Notes: generated by a model from the sequence alone, not told the origin. 44,376 bases of DNA from an uncultured Gammaproteobacteria bacterium (GCA_964603435.1 CAZRUM010000001.1:27045-71420), one strand, 5' to 3'; counted from the first letter of the stretch, positions 1 to 9,748 are shown. Numbers and translations are program-made.

Positions 1-2
1 TT

Positions 3-821
3 TTTCTTTGTCTGGAGACCAAGATACATTTTCTACGCTATGAAAAAGCAATTTTAGAATATCCAGATGGCTCAAATATTATTTATGACTTCGAGACACA
101 AACCCAAGTCACTCTACCAAAACATTGGGAAGATTTTTCCTTTTCTGGAACTGGAGACAAAATTGCTGCCAAGAGCTTGGGTTTTTCCGAAGAAAACCAA
201 TGGCTCATTACCTCTGATGCAGAGGGTAAAAACATAAAACTTATTGAACCAATGGGGGCAAATGCTGACAAAGTAGAAGTCAACTGGTCCCCTAGCAACC
301 AAGTGGTGGCTCTATCACGCACTGGTGAAGCTTTGGGTTCAGATCGTCAACAAATTTTATTAGTTGGTTTGAATGGTGAAAATTTTCAAGGCCTTATCGT
401 TGAAGGACGTGGGCTAGTGGATCAATGGTCACCTCAAGGTGAAAAACTTCTTTACAGTGTTTATAATGCTCGTAATGATTATCAACCTGAATTGTGGGTA
501 GTAAATGCTTATGGAGATCAAATTGGAACCAATAGACGATTGTTAGGTCTAAATACTTGGGCCGACAAATGTACTTTTGAAAATGAGAGATTTGTTTACT
601 GTGGGGTACCCAGTTTTCTAGAAACTGGAGCTGGCTTTGCTAGACAAATAGCAGATTATACTACCGATAAATTAATAAAAATAGACTTGGAAAGCGGTAT
701 AAAAACTGAAATTCCTCTAAATAGTTCTCACACTATAGATACTATTTTCTTGGACTCGACTAATGAAAATATTTATTTTACAGACAAAAGTCAAAATGGA
801 CTTTTTAGCATAGAATTATAA
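3..821 (+). CDS. 5'-truncated beta-propeller/TolB-like surface protein
   Basis: Frame is open from nt 3 (…KAILEYPDGSNIIYDFETQTQVTLPKHWEDFSFSG…), so the 177 start is internal; repeated WSP motifs resemble TolB/PD40-like propellers. Confidence 0.6.
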   Translation, partial: FLCLETKIHFLRYEKAILEYPDGSNIIYDFETQTQVTLPKHWEDFSFSGTGDKIAAKSLGFSEENQWLITSDAEGKNIKLIEPMGANADKVEVNWSPSNQVVALSRTGEALGSDRQQILLVGLNGENFQGLIVEGRGLVDQWSPQGEKLLYSVYNARNDYQPELWVVNAYGDQIGTNRRLLGLNTWADKCTFENERFVYCGVPSFLETGAGFARQIADYTTDKLIKIDLESGIKTEIPLNSSHTIDTIFLDSTNENIYFTDKSQNGLFSIEL

Positions 822-898
822 AGATAATTTTTTTGTAATTTTATTTTTTTCATATTTAATATATTATTAATTAGCAATTTATTTATCTCTAAAATCTT

Positions 899-1546
899 AT
901 GATAAAAATAAGAACTTTATTACTCATCCTCATCCCTGCTTTTATCATCTTAGCATTGGCTATGTTTGTACGCATACTCCAATTCCAATCTATAACCCCT
1001 TCTGAAAAAGAAATTGAAAAATGGGCAGATGCTAAAAATTTTACCATCCCCCTTTACAAGGAAGACCCTATTATTGGTAACAGCAGAGTAGGTATCAATA
1101 TAGTAATATTTGAAGACTTTAATTGCGCAGCCTGTAAAGTACAAAATACATTATTAAAAAAGCTAGTCAATAAATATCCAGACAAAGTAAAAATAATCTG
1201 GAAAGGCTTATCCTCAGCAGGATTCCCCTACCCCACTGAAATGGCGCACAGCTACAGCTACTGTGCCAATGAACAAAATAAATTTATAGAATTCAAAGAC
1301 TTTGCTTTTGTTAACAGTGATAATCTTTCAGAAGATACACTAAACTTAATTATAGAAAATATTGATATAAATCTAAATAAATTTGAAAAATGTCTTCAGT
1401 CAGATTCACCTGCCATTCACTTACAAAAAAACGAAATAATTGCCCAAGCACTCAATATTCAAAATATTCCTACCGCTTTTATAAATAACAAACAAATTCA
1501 AATACCATCTTTACTTGAAGGTTGGGAAACATTATTATCATTATAA
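899..1546 (+). CDS. Membrane-anchored DsbA-family thioredoxin-fold protein
   Basis: N-terminal TM segment, FEDFNCAAC CxxC motif, C-terminal IPTAFIN cis-Pro loop. Confidence 0.85.
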   Translation: MIKIRTLLLILIPAFIILALAMFVRILQFQSITPSEKEIEKWADAKNFTIPLYKEDPIIGNSRVGINIVIFEDFNCAACKVQNTLLKKLVNKYPDKVKIIWKGLSSAGFPYPTEMAHSYSYCANEQNKFIEFKDFAFVNSDNLSEDTLNLIIENIDINLNKFEKCLQSDSPAIHLQKNEIIAQALNIQNIPTAFINNKQIQIPSLLEGWETLLSL

Positions 1547-1549
1547 ACT

Positions 1550-3373
1550 ATGCCTGCATTCAATAATAAAAAAAAGTTATTTGGATTGTTCTTAATACTA
1601 TTTTTTTTACTATCTTTTTTTAATATCGGACAGACCCAGGCAGCTAATAAAAAAGTCGCAGTTATTGGTTCCTCTACTTTTGACAGAGGTTGCAATACTC
1701 CTACTGGTTTTGTAAAAATATTAGCAAAGGAACTACCAAATTATAATTTCGTTTGTAAAGTTGGCAATGAAAAACTAGCCTTACAAAGCAAAAATTCTAC
1801 ATTTTTTTTAACTCAATTTCAAAATTATGTCAGTAATAAAGGATACGATGAATTATTACTTTATGCTGATCTAAATGGTCTATCTAATGCAGTTACCTTG
1901 AAAAGATCCCAAAAAAACCTCGCCACTATTATTCAATCTGCCAAAAGCCAAGGTATGCGTGTAATTGTGGTGGGGGCTCAACCAGCCAAAGGTTATGGCA
2001 AGGTTAATGACACATGGATAAAAAATATAAAATCTAATAACAATTTCCTGGCTACAAAACCATATAATATAGATATTTTTATTGAAGTATATAGTGTTGT
2101 TGACAAAAATAACGACGATTTTTTAGATGAAAATCTAACAACTGATAAAATTCATTTAAACCCTGACGGCAATAAAATTTTAGCCGACTTACTTCTAACT
2201 CAAGCTTATGGTACGGGAAGTACATCACAAATTCAAATTATACAAAATACAAGACCTGCCGGTGATAGCGAAAACGGTTTTCGTCTACTAGAACCACAAA
2301 CAGTTATTACACTACCTGGCTTAAACTTTACCCCCATAGATTTTGTCAAAAAATATAGTGGCATAGATGAAAGCGGTCAATATTTATTTTTTCCTTATAT
2401 CGGAGAATACTTATCAGCAATTTATAAATATGGCATAGTAGCAGGTGGTGTAGTGGCCATAGTGATGATTATTATTGCTGGTTTTCAATGGACCACCTCT
2501 GGTGGTAACGCAACTCAGACTCAAAAAGCTAGAACTAGAATCACCCAAGCTATAGCAGGCCTAATACTACTAGTTGGTTCATATTTTATACTCTACACTT
2601 TAAATCCAAACCTTGTCACTTTCAAAAATCTAAAAGTTTTATATATACCAATAGACAGCTTGGAAAGAAATGTGATTGTTAATAATGGCACTTTCAAATA
2701 TACTACACCATCTACTGGAATTGTTGGAACTGGCTCAGCTAAAAAAATAGAAAATGAAACTTTTGATGATACTTTCAAAGCCTTTGCTAATTGTGTCGGA
2801 GCTGACTGGAGAATTCTAAAAGCTTTTGCCTACAAAGAATCTAAGTTAAATCACACTATAGACAATAAAAGAGGATTTATAGGTCTTTTTCAAACCAATT
2901 CTAAAAATTGCCGTGAGTCTCTAAAAAAATATCCAGCATGGGCAGCTCTATGTGGTGACATGACTAACCCAGCAGTAAACACAGCAGTCGGCGCAAAGAT
3001 GCTTGGATTAGGTATGGCTAATATTGAAAAAAGATGTGGTGATATACCAAAAAGAGATGCCGCAGCACTATTTTATCTAAATCATAACAGTGGTTATTAT
3101 GCAGTTACCTGGATAATAAAAAATGGAAATGCCTGCAAAGGTGAAATTTTTGTAAAGAAAAGCATAATTGATTTTTGGAACCAACATAAAAACGGAATAC
3201 ACAAAGGAAAACTTATGGGTGAAATTAGAGGTCCTTATGCTTATGCTACGGCTGACCTAACCTTACAACTAGGAGTAACAGATTTTCATGATACTTCTGG
3301 TAACAATAACTTTGAATGCCCCTCAACGGTAGCCCTGAAGATTTTGAAAATTTTCTTAAAGCAAGAGCTTTGA
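1550..3373 (+). CDS. Secreted fusion: SGNH hydrolase + two-TM pilin (TrbC/VirB2-like) + lytic transglycosylase (SLT) domain
   Basis: Signal peptide; VIGSS and DKIH SGNH blocks; pilin segment AGFQWTTSGGN…KARTRITQAIAGLILLVGSYFILYTLNP; SLT motifs AYKES, GLFQ, NHNSG. Confidence 0.75.
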   Translation: MPAFNNKKKLFGLFLILFFLLSFFNIGQTQAANKKVAVIGSSTFDRGCNTPTGFVKILAKELPNYNFVCKVGNEKLALQSKNSTFFLTQFQNYVSNKGYDELLLYADLNGLSNAVTLKRSQKNLATIIQSAKSQGMRVIVVGAQPAKGYGKVNDTWIKNIKSNNNFLATKPYNIDIFIEVYSVVDKNNDDFLDENLTTDKIHLNPDGNKILADLLLTQAYGTGSTSQIQIIQNTRPAGDSENGFRLLEPQTVITLPGLNFTPIDFVKKYSGIDESGQYLFFPYIGEYLSAIYKYGIVAGGVVAIVMIIIAGFQWTTSGGNATQTQKARTRITQAIAGLILLVGSYFILYTLNPNLVTFKNLKVLYIPIDSLERNVIVNNGTFKYTTPSTGIVGTGSAKKIENETFDDTFKAFANCVGADWRILKAFAYKESKLNHTIDNKRGFIGLFQTNSKNCRESLKKYPAWAALCGDMTNPAVNTAVGAKMLGLGMANIEKRCGDIPKRDAAALFYLNHNSGYYAVTWIIKNGNACKGEIFVKKSIIDFWNQHKNGIHKGKLMGEIRGPYAYATADLTLQLGVTDFHDTSGNNNFECPSTVALKILKIFLKQEL

Positions 3374-3424
3374 TCAAAAAAGGACTTGAGGTAATAAGTT
3401 CCTAATTATAAATAATCAATCAAT

Positions 3425-6256
3425 ATGAAAACCAATATAAAAATATTTTTTTTATTTATATTAGCATTTTTTTTGATACCTTCTTTTGCGTCAGCACAAA
3501 CAGGATCTAGTCCTATTTTTAGCTTCGCAGTTATTTCTGACACACACGATGCAAATCAATGTGGCTCTAAACAAGGAAAATGGTCTGATATGGCAATTGA
3601 AATAATTAACACACGAAAACCAGATTTTGTTATAGGTGTTGGAGATTTAGTAGCTGGTGGAGGAAGTTGCCCTAACGGTGGAAATGGAATTGAAAAACAA
3701 TTAGAAGAATTCAAAAAGGTCTATCTTGATAAACTAAATGTACCTTTCATCCCAATGGCCGGCAATCATGATTTTAGTACGGAGCCAACCCATGCCAAAA
3801 CAGCTTGGAATAATTTTTGGAATAGCAATAAAAATAAAGTATTATCCAATGGAAGTTTTTCTGGATATCCCAGATCATATACCTTTACACACAAGGGAAT
3901 AAAATTTGATATTTTAGATTATTATGGCAACTACGGCTACAATACAGCTGAAAAACAATGGATAAAATCCAATGTAACCTCAGGAGACTTAGTCTTTAGA
4001 CATGTCAATCCGTATGGAGTAACCAACGCTCATTTTGCCATGAGAAGTACTGGTAATATAAAGGATTATGAACAACTAACAGAATTACTAAAACAAAAAG
4101 GAGTCAAGGCTTTATTCTCAGGACATACCCATGGTTTTTATGAAGGAATTTGTGACAACCTACATTTTATAAACACAGGTTCACTAGGTGCAAGAAGTAT
4201 GGAATATGCAGAAGGTATCCCCTCTGAATTCCAAAAAAAACAAGCTTTTGTTTGGGTAGACGTTTTATCTGGTGGAGCTATTGATGTTTCTTTTTACTAT
4301 TACAACGGAACAGGATTAGTAAAATTTGATAAAACCAACTTTCCTAAAACAATTGAAGCAAAAAAAATTACTAGAACTAAAGATGGAAAAACTTTTTATG
4401 AAGGTGTTGCAGCAACATGTAAAAGAGTAGATTCACTCGTACAAACAGCTGGTAGTCAAAAAATCTTAATGATCGGAGACTCTCATTCTGCACATTATTT
4501 TTACGGAAAACATTTACACAAACTTATTAGAGAAGCTGGTTTTCAAGTAAAATTATACGGTATTGGTGGAACTACTTCTAAAAGTTGGATGTCTGGTAAA
4601 AAAGGAACAGGGAAACTCATATCAAGTGTTCATGCTGACGAGCAAGGAATCATTACGCCCCTACCAACTGGAGAGACGTACACACTTAAAAACCTAAAAG
4701 AAACTTACAAACCAGATACGGTTATTATTTCATTAGGAAGTAATGAAGTCCCAAAAGAAGACTCTTTTTTCTCCACTTTTGATGCCCCATTAGCAGAAAT
4801 AGCTGCTACAGGTGCGAAATGTTATTGGGTTGGTCCTCCAAAAATCACAAGAAAAGGTTTTGAAAAATTTCAAGAAACCTCTACTAAAATAAAAGCAATA
4901 GCTGAAAGCAAGGGGTGTACATTTATTGATTCTATTCCACTAAGTGATGACAGTCTTCTAAAAGCCGACGGGATTCATTATACTCAGCCCGGTGGAGAAC
5001 AATGGGCAGCAAAAGTATTTGCACAATTAAATTTAACACAAAATCTAATCTATAGCACAAGCAAATCTGTCATAAGTCAAATGACTATAGATGAAGTGAA
5101 AGAATTATTGAGAACACCATCCACAAAAATAACTATACCTGGTCTAAATTTCTCCACAAAAGAAGAAGTCTCCAAAATGGTAACTGATGAAAACGGAAAT
5201 TTTTATATTCATATACCATTTTTAGCAGAATATCTCGTTGCCATTTATAAATATGGTATTATAGCTGGTGGAGTAATTGCCATTGTCATGTTGGTGATCC
5301 AGGGTTTTAGTTTGGTAACATCTGGAGGAAATTCTACAAAAACAAGTGAAGCCAAGAAAAAAATTGGTAACTTAGCGATTGGTTTTCTATTACTAATCGG
5401 ATCATATTTAATACTTTATATAATAAACCCCCAACTTCTAACTTTAAAAAGTTTAAAGGTGCTTTATGTAAAAGAACTCACAGTAGATGCGGCCATGGAA
5501 AATACTGATATGCCAGATGGTGGACCAATCATACAATTTGGAGGGGCAAATATACAATTCAATAACACAGAAATTGATGGACTCAAAAAGAAAAGTGATT
5601 ATAATTGCTCTCCTCAAGATATTGCTGATGTTGGACATGCTTATGGTCAAGCTGGTATTTGCCTTCGACCAAAAACTTGTGCGTCTACTATTTCTTTTTT
5701 ATTAAATAGAGCTGGTTGTAAAAAAAAAGATGGCAGTGAATTTACTGGTATTACTTCTTCAAAAGCCTTGGGAGGATTGACAGAACAAGAGATGGGTTGG
5801 ATAAAAAAAGACATAAGACAAATGAAACCGGATCAACTAAAAAATTTGCCGGTTGGTGTTTTATTTAAACCACTACATCACTCTGGTTTGCACATAGGGA
5901 AGGGTAAGATGGTAGAATCATCTTATGGTATAACACCTCTTATTGAATTTTCAAAACCAAAATCACTTTGGAAACAGATAAAAACTAATTTACCAACTTT
6001 AACAGGTATAAATAACCGTCCTAATGATTTAGAAAAAATCAAAGCAATAGATAAAGCTACACTTATACCAAATAACAACTGTCCTATACACGCAGAAAAT
6101 TCTCAAAAATATCCAAAATTATGTGAATATTGCGACGCTATCCCGAAGCTATCCCCCACATTAGGTCCTCAAGGCAACGGCTATATAAATCATTATCTTT
6201 TTGAAAGTGGTGTGACAAGAATGGACCAATTTGATTTTCTATATTACAAACCCTAA
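3425..6256 (+). CDS. Secreted fusion: metallophosphoesterase + SGNH hydrolase + two-TM pilin + putative NlpC/P60-like cysteine peptidase
   Basis: Signal peptide; DTH, GDLV, GNHD, GHTH motifs; GDSH, GSNE, DGIH SGNH blocks; pilin segment; TCASTIS…HSGLHIGKGKMVES Cys/His pattern (weakest call). Confidence 0.72.
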   Translation: MKTNIKIFFLFILAFFLIPSFASAQTGSSPIFSFAVISDTHDANQCGSKQGKWSDMAIEIINTRKPDFVIGVGDLVAGGGSCPNGGNGIEKQLEEFKKVYLDKLNVPFIPMAGNHDFSTEPTHAKTAWNNFWNSNKNKVLSNGSFSGYPRSYTFTHKGIKFDILDYYGNYGYNTAEKQWIKSNVTSGDLVFRHVNPYGVTNAHFAMRSTGNIKDYEQLTELLKQKGVKALFSGHTHGFYEGICDNLHFINTGSLGARSMEYAEGIPSEFQKKQAFVWVDVLSGGAIDVSFYYYNGTGLVKFDKTNFPKTIEAKKITRTKDGKTFYEGVAATCKRVDSLVQTAGSQKILMIGDSHSAHYFYGKHLHKLIREAGFQVKLYGIGGTTSKSWMSGKKGTGKLISSVHADEQGIITPLPTGETYTLKNLKETYKPDTVIISLGSNEVPKEDSFFSTFDAPLAEIAATGAKCYWVGPPKITRKGFEKFQETSTKIKAIAESKGCTFIDSIPLSDDSLLKADGIHYTQPGGEQWAAKVFAQLNLTQNLIYSTSKSVISQMTIDEVKELLRTPSTKITIPGLNFSTKEEVSKMVTDENGNFYIHIPFLAEYLVAIYKYGIIAGGVIAIVMLVIQGFSLVTSGGNSTKTSEAKKKIGNLAIGFLLLIGSYLILYIINPQLLTLKSLKVLYVKELTVDAAMENTDMPDGGPIIQFGGANIQFNNTEIDGLKKKSDYNCSPQDIADVGHAYGQAGICLRPKTCASTISFLLNRAGCKKKDGSEFTGITSSKALGGLTEQEMGWIKKDIRQMKPDQLKNLPVGVLFKPLHHSGLHIGKGKMVESSYGITPLIEFSKPKSLWKQIKTNLPTLTGINNRPNDLEKIKAIDKATLIPNNNCPIHAENSQKYPKLCEYCDAIPKLSPTLGPQGNGYINHYLFESGVTRMDQFDFLYYKP

Positions 6257-6275
6257 TTAAAATAATTAAAAAAAC

Positions 6276-6345
6276 AAAAACCGCCCCTTTCCTCCTTGCT
6301 TTATTTCTAAAACTTTAGAAACAAGGCAAGTTGTGGGCGGTTTTT
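6276..6345. terminator. Long bidirectional hairpin between convergent units
   Basis: AAAAACCGCCC (6276-86) pairs with GGGCGGTTTTT (6335-45); inner CCTTG/CAAGG and TTTCTAA/TTAGAAA arms. Confidence 0.65.
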
Positions 6346-6431
6346 ATACTACCCACAACTCTCGAATGAGCCAGGAGGCTCGATGAGGATGTTGTGGGGG
6401 GGGGTGGTGTGAGATAGCACCAACAAAGAAA

Positions 6432-6638
6432 CTACTGAGTGGGGAGGACGGCGACCTGGGAGGTCTCGACCTGGGGGACGAAGACCTTTTTCTTCACGAA
6501 ACCTCTTTGCGGGTACTTGATCCTGTGATCAGATACCCCCATTCCCTGCGCTCTCTCCGCCGTAGTGAGAAAACCTCCACTACCAGTATCTACGCTCACA
6601 GTACGAATGTCTGTCATTTTTACCTTGCTTCCTGACAT
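6432..6638 (-). CDS. Small hypothetical protein (68 aa), GC-richer than flanks
   Basis: ATG ORF with its own upstream promoter and downstream structured terminator; no recognisable motif. Confidence 0.5.
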   Translation of the reverse strand: MSGSKVKMTDIRTVSVDTGSGGFLTTAERAQGMGVSDHRIKYPQRGFVKKKVFVPQVETSQVAVLPTQ

Positions 6639-6707
6639 TTACAACAGCCCTTCACTGACCCCACACATGTGGAATAAGCAAAAAAGCCTTCACCAAAACT
6701 TCGTCAA

Positions 6708-6736
6708 ATATTATCATAAAAAAAATCTCCTGTCAA
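6708..6736 (-). promoter_or_regulatory. sigma70-type promoter for the 68-aa ORF
   Basis: TTGACA-17 nt-TAATAT with extended -10 TGn. Confidence 0.65.
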
Positions 6737-6746
6737 GACCAAAACA

Positions 6747-6773
6747 AAAGATTATCTCTGTGAGATAATCTTT
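6747..6773 (-). terminator. Hairpin downstream of recG
   Basis: AAAGATTATCTC-TGT-GAGATAATCTTT perfect 12-bp stem followed by T-rich tract on the minus strand. Confidence 0.65.
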
Positions 6774-6805
6774 ATTTATATATTTTTAAATAAAAAACCA
6801 ACAAC

Positions 6806-8920
6806 TTACTCCAAATGAACTCCACTTTCCCACTCTTTTACTTTATCCTTTAAGGCTGGATTTTGTTCAAAATCAGTACCTTTTGCCAAATCGCGAGATA
6901 ATTTTATAAGATCCATATCTTGCAGAGTTGCCATACGAAACCCTAACGATCCACTCTGATTTTTCCCATACACCTCCCCTGGTCCGCGGGTTTCAAGATC
7001 ATATTCCGCCACTTTGAAACCATCGGTATTTTTTGAAAAGAAAGCTAATCTCTCAAGTGCTTTGTCATTGTCTGTATCTGTAAAAAGAAAACAATAGGAC
7101 TGATACACACTTCTCCCCACTCGCCCACGAAACTGATGAAGCTGAGCTAAACCAAATCTCTCTGCGCCCTCTATCATCATTACACTAGCATTAGGAATAT
7201 CAACTCCAACTTCAATAACAGAGGTGGCAACTAAAATATCCAAATTCCCATTAGAAAAGTCGTTCATAACATCTTCTTTTGTTCGCGATTTTCCGCCCAA
7301 GGCGGACCCGCCTCGAGCGGGCATTTTACCATGAAGAAATCCTACTTTTAATTTTGGAAAGATTTCTTTTGATAATTTTTCATATTCACTCATGACAGAT
7401 TTCTTTTCGCTATCTTCATTTTCTATCAACGGACAAATCACAAACACCTGTCTCCCCTCACCCACCTGCGTTTCAATAAATTTATAAGCTTGGGTGCGTT
7501 TGTTTGGTGGAACAAATTTTGTCTCAATTGGTTTTCTGCCTTGTGGTAGTTGATTGATAATAGATAAATCTAAATCACCATAAAGAGTAAGAGCAAACGA
7601 ACGTGGGATTGGTGTCGCTGTCATAGAGAGAAAATGTGGCATAGTATTTTCATCTCCCGACTTTTCACTAATAGTTTTTCTCTGTTCCACACCGAAGCGA
7701 TGTTGTTCATCGACAATTACAAGTCCAAGATTTTTAAATTCAACCTTGTCTGACAACAGTGCATGTGTACCAACAACAACATCAACTTCCCCTTCTTTTA
7801 TCTTTTTTATCACTTCCCTCTTCTGCCCTGCTTTTGTTTTTTCTGCAGATTCAAAACCAGAAATTACAGATTGGGTACGTGTAAAAATACTTATCTTTGC
7901 TTTATCACCCAGGAGTTTTACGAACCCATCATAATGTTGCTTTGCCAAAATTTCTGTCGGCGCCATTATCACAGTCTGATTTTTATTCAAAATTGTGTTG
8001 TACATGTTAATTGCTGCGACCACAGTCTTACCAGAACCAACATCTCCCTCAAGTAAACGATTCATCGGTTCAGTATTTTCTAAATCTTTTAATATTTCCC
8101 AAGTAGATACTTTTTGAGCTTTTGTTAATTCAAATGGTAAATTTCTAACAAATTCCTTAATATCTTTTTCTTGAAATTTTAATGGTATTGCATTTGATCT
8201 TTTTAGAGACTGACGAATCATCTCAGAGCGAAGCTGCATGATATAGAGCTCACCAAACTTAAGACGACGCTCTGATTGTTTTAGATCAACTTCGTCAACT
8301 GGAAAATGGACCCCACGCACAGCGTCAGCTAGTGGAATTAAATCAGCCTTTTCTAAAATACTCTCTGGCAACCACTCCTCTATCACATCTACTTTATCTA
8401 TAATTTGTTTGGTCAGAAAACGCAACTGCTTGTGAGAAATACCAGAAGTAAGATGATACATTGGTATAATTCTAGCGGTATGCGTTGTTTCTTTTTCTCC
8501 TCTCGCCTTTTGTCCTGTCTCTTTTTCATAATTAGGTGAAGTCATTTGCAAACCCATTTTACCATCACTAATTTTTCCAGATAAATATATTGTGTCCCCT
8601 GGTTTTATTATTTTTTTTATAAATGGTTGCCCAAACCAAATAACCTTGAGTCTGCCAGACTCGTCAGTCACAATCGCATCAGTCATATTTGTCTTATTCT
8701 TCCACAAACGACGACTTTCAATTATTTCTACTTTGCCACGCACTGTCACCACTTCGCCCACTTCCAAATCATCAATCATCTTACATTTACTATAATCCTC
8801 ATAACGAAAAGGTAAATAAAAAAACAGATCTTGGACACATCTAATACCAAGCTTTTTTAAAGTTTTATCTAACTTCTTTGCAATATGACTGATTTCTGAA
8901 ATTGGTGTTTCTAATTTCAT
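6806..8920 (-). CDS. recG: ATP-dependent DNA helicase RecG
   Basis: RLLEGDVGSGKT, DEQHRFG, TATPIPR, QLHQFRGRVGR; start reassigned to ATG 8920 (MKLETP) because the longer ORF runs through a tRNA. Confidence 0.96.
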   Translation of the reverse strand: MKLETPISEISHIAKKLDKTLKKLGIRCVQDLFFYLPFRYEDYSKCKMIDDLEVGEVVTVRGKVEIIESRRLWKNKTNMTDAIVTDESGRLKVIWFGQPFIKKIIKPGDTIYLSGKISDGKMGLQMTSPNYEKETGQKARGEKETTHTARIIPMYHLTSGISHKQLRFLTKQIIDKVDVIEEWLPESILEKADLIPLADAVRGVHFPVDEVDLKQSERRLKFGELYIMQLRSEMIRQSLKRSNAIPLKFQEKDIKEFVRNLPFELTKAQKVSTWEILKDLENTEPMNRLLEGDVGSGKTVVAAINMYNTILNKNQTVIMAPTEILAKQHYDGFVKLLGDKAKISIFTRTQSVISGFESAEKTKAGQKREVIKKIKEGEVDVVVGTHALLSDKVEFKNLGLVIVDEQHRFGVEQRKTISEKSGDENTMPHFLSMTATPIPRSFALTLYGDLDLSIINQLPQGRKPIETKFVPPNKRTQAYKFIETQVGEGRQVFVICPLIENEDSEKKSVMSEYEKLSKEIFPKLKVGFLHGKMPARGGSALGGKSRTKEDVMNDFSNGNLDILVATSVIEVGVDIPNASVMMIEGAERFGLAQLHQFRGRVGRSVYQSYCFLFTDTDNDKALERLAFFSKNTDGFKVAEYDLETRGPGEVYGKNQSGSLGFRMATLQDMDLIKLSRDLAKGTDFEQNPALKDKVKEWESGVHLE
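7292..7322. repeat. In-frame GC-rich double-hairpin insertion in recG (PARGGSALGG)
   Basis: TCCGCC-CAA-GGCGGA followed by CCCGC-CTCGA-GCGGG, right after the HGKM motif. Confidence 0.7.
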
Positions 8921-8964
8921 AGTTGTATTGTAACAAAAAACCTCCTGTTTGGGGAGGGTTACAG

Positions 8965-9036
8965 TGCTCTCGCTAGGAATCGAACCTAGATCATCGGTTC
9001 CGCAAACCGACATTCTATCCGTTGAACTACGAGAGC
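8965..9036 (-). tRNA. tRNA-Arg(GCG)
   Basis: GCTCTCG/CGAGAGC acceptor stem, anticodon arm TCGGT-TTGCGGA-ACCGA, GGTTCGATTCC T arm; CCA not encoded. Confidence 0.95.
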
Positions 9037-9051
9037 ATATAAAACGAGAAT

Positions 9052-9080
9052 ATTATAGTATAAATATCAAAATAAGTCAA
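9052..9080 (-). promoter_or_regulatory. Promoter of tRNA-Arg
   Basis: TTGACT-17 nt-TATAAT. Confidence 0.7.
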
Positions 9081-9085
9081 GAATA

Positions 9086-9109
9086 AAACCATCCTATATA
9101 GGATGGTTT
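9086..9109. terminator. Palindrome/terminator, copy 1
   Basis: AAACCATCCTA-TA-TAGGATGGTTT, just downstream of the 9128-9634 gene. Confidence 0.65.
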
Positions 9110-9127
9110 CTATTATATAGATTCTGG

Positions 9128-9634
9128 TTAGTGTATCCTCCAATTTCTCGCAGCCCTATCACTAAGTGGCTCTTCTTCTTTTTCAAAGTCTTCTTCTAAG
9201 AATTCTCGCAAGGTATGCTTCACTTCTATAGGGTTGGTATCAAGTAATGGAATCGTAATTCTAGGACGCATAACCCCTTTTGGTTCTAAATATAAGGTCT
9301 TTACGTCTGGTGGACTATAGATAATATAAAAATTCTCTAATTCTGAATAAGCAAAAAAACGACTACCCAAAATAATACCTAATTCTGTAATTTGAAATAA
9401 AACTTGTGGGGGTGTTTGGTGACTTTGTAAAAACAAAATGATAGATGACAAAATAATAATAAGAGCAAACAAAAAATTACCCGACACCATACCATAAATA
9501 ACCAACCCCAGACCTAATGTAATCATCAAAAAATACCACAATCTACCACGATCAGAATGTTGTTCATATTCTTGAATTGTCCACTCATGCAAGGTGTCTC
9601 CCAAGAGTGTTTGTTCTGTTATTTTTTCAGGCAT
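9128..9634 (-). CDS. Hypothetical membrane protein (two TM helices plus soluble domain)
   Basis: 168-aa ORF with an N-terminal hydrophobic hairpin. Confidence 0.75.
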   Translation of the reverse strand: MPEKITEQTLLGDTLHEWTIQEYEQHSDRGRLWYFLMITLGLGLVIYGMVSGNFLFALIIILSSIILFLQSHQTPPQVLFQITELGIILGSRFFAYSELENFYIIYSPPDVKTLYLEPKGVMRPRITIPLLDTNPIEVKHTLREFLEEDFEKEEEPLSDRAARNWRIH

Positions 9635-9711
9635 ATGTTTCTAAAAAATAATGGCTAAAATAAGCTAGATATAGTCATTATACCAAAAAAACAAGATAGC
9701 CACAAGGAATA

Positions 9712-9740
9712 TTGCCAAAAACCTCTAAATAGTCTATAAT
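9712..9740 (+). promoter_or_regulatory. Promoter of LCP-der unit (near-leaderless)
   Basis: TTGCCA-17 nt-TATAAT ending 8 nt before ATG 9749. Confidence 0.65.
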
Positions 9741-9748
9741 ATGCCCAT

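Noticed and set aside
8921-9013. N-terminal extension of the recG ORF
   Set aside because: It runs through tRNA-Arg and its trailer; ATG 8920 has its own extended -10.
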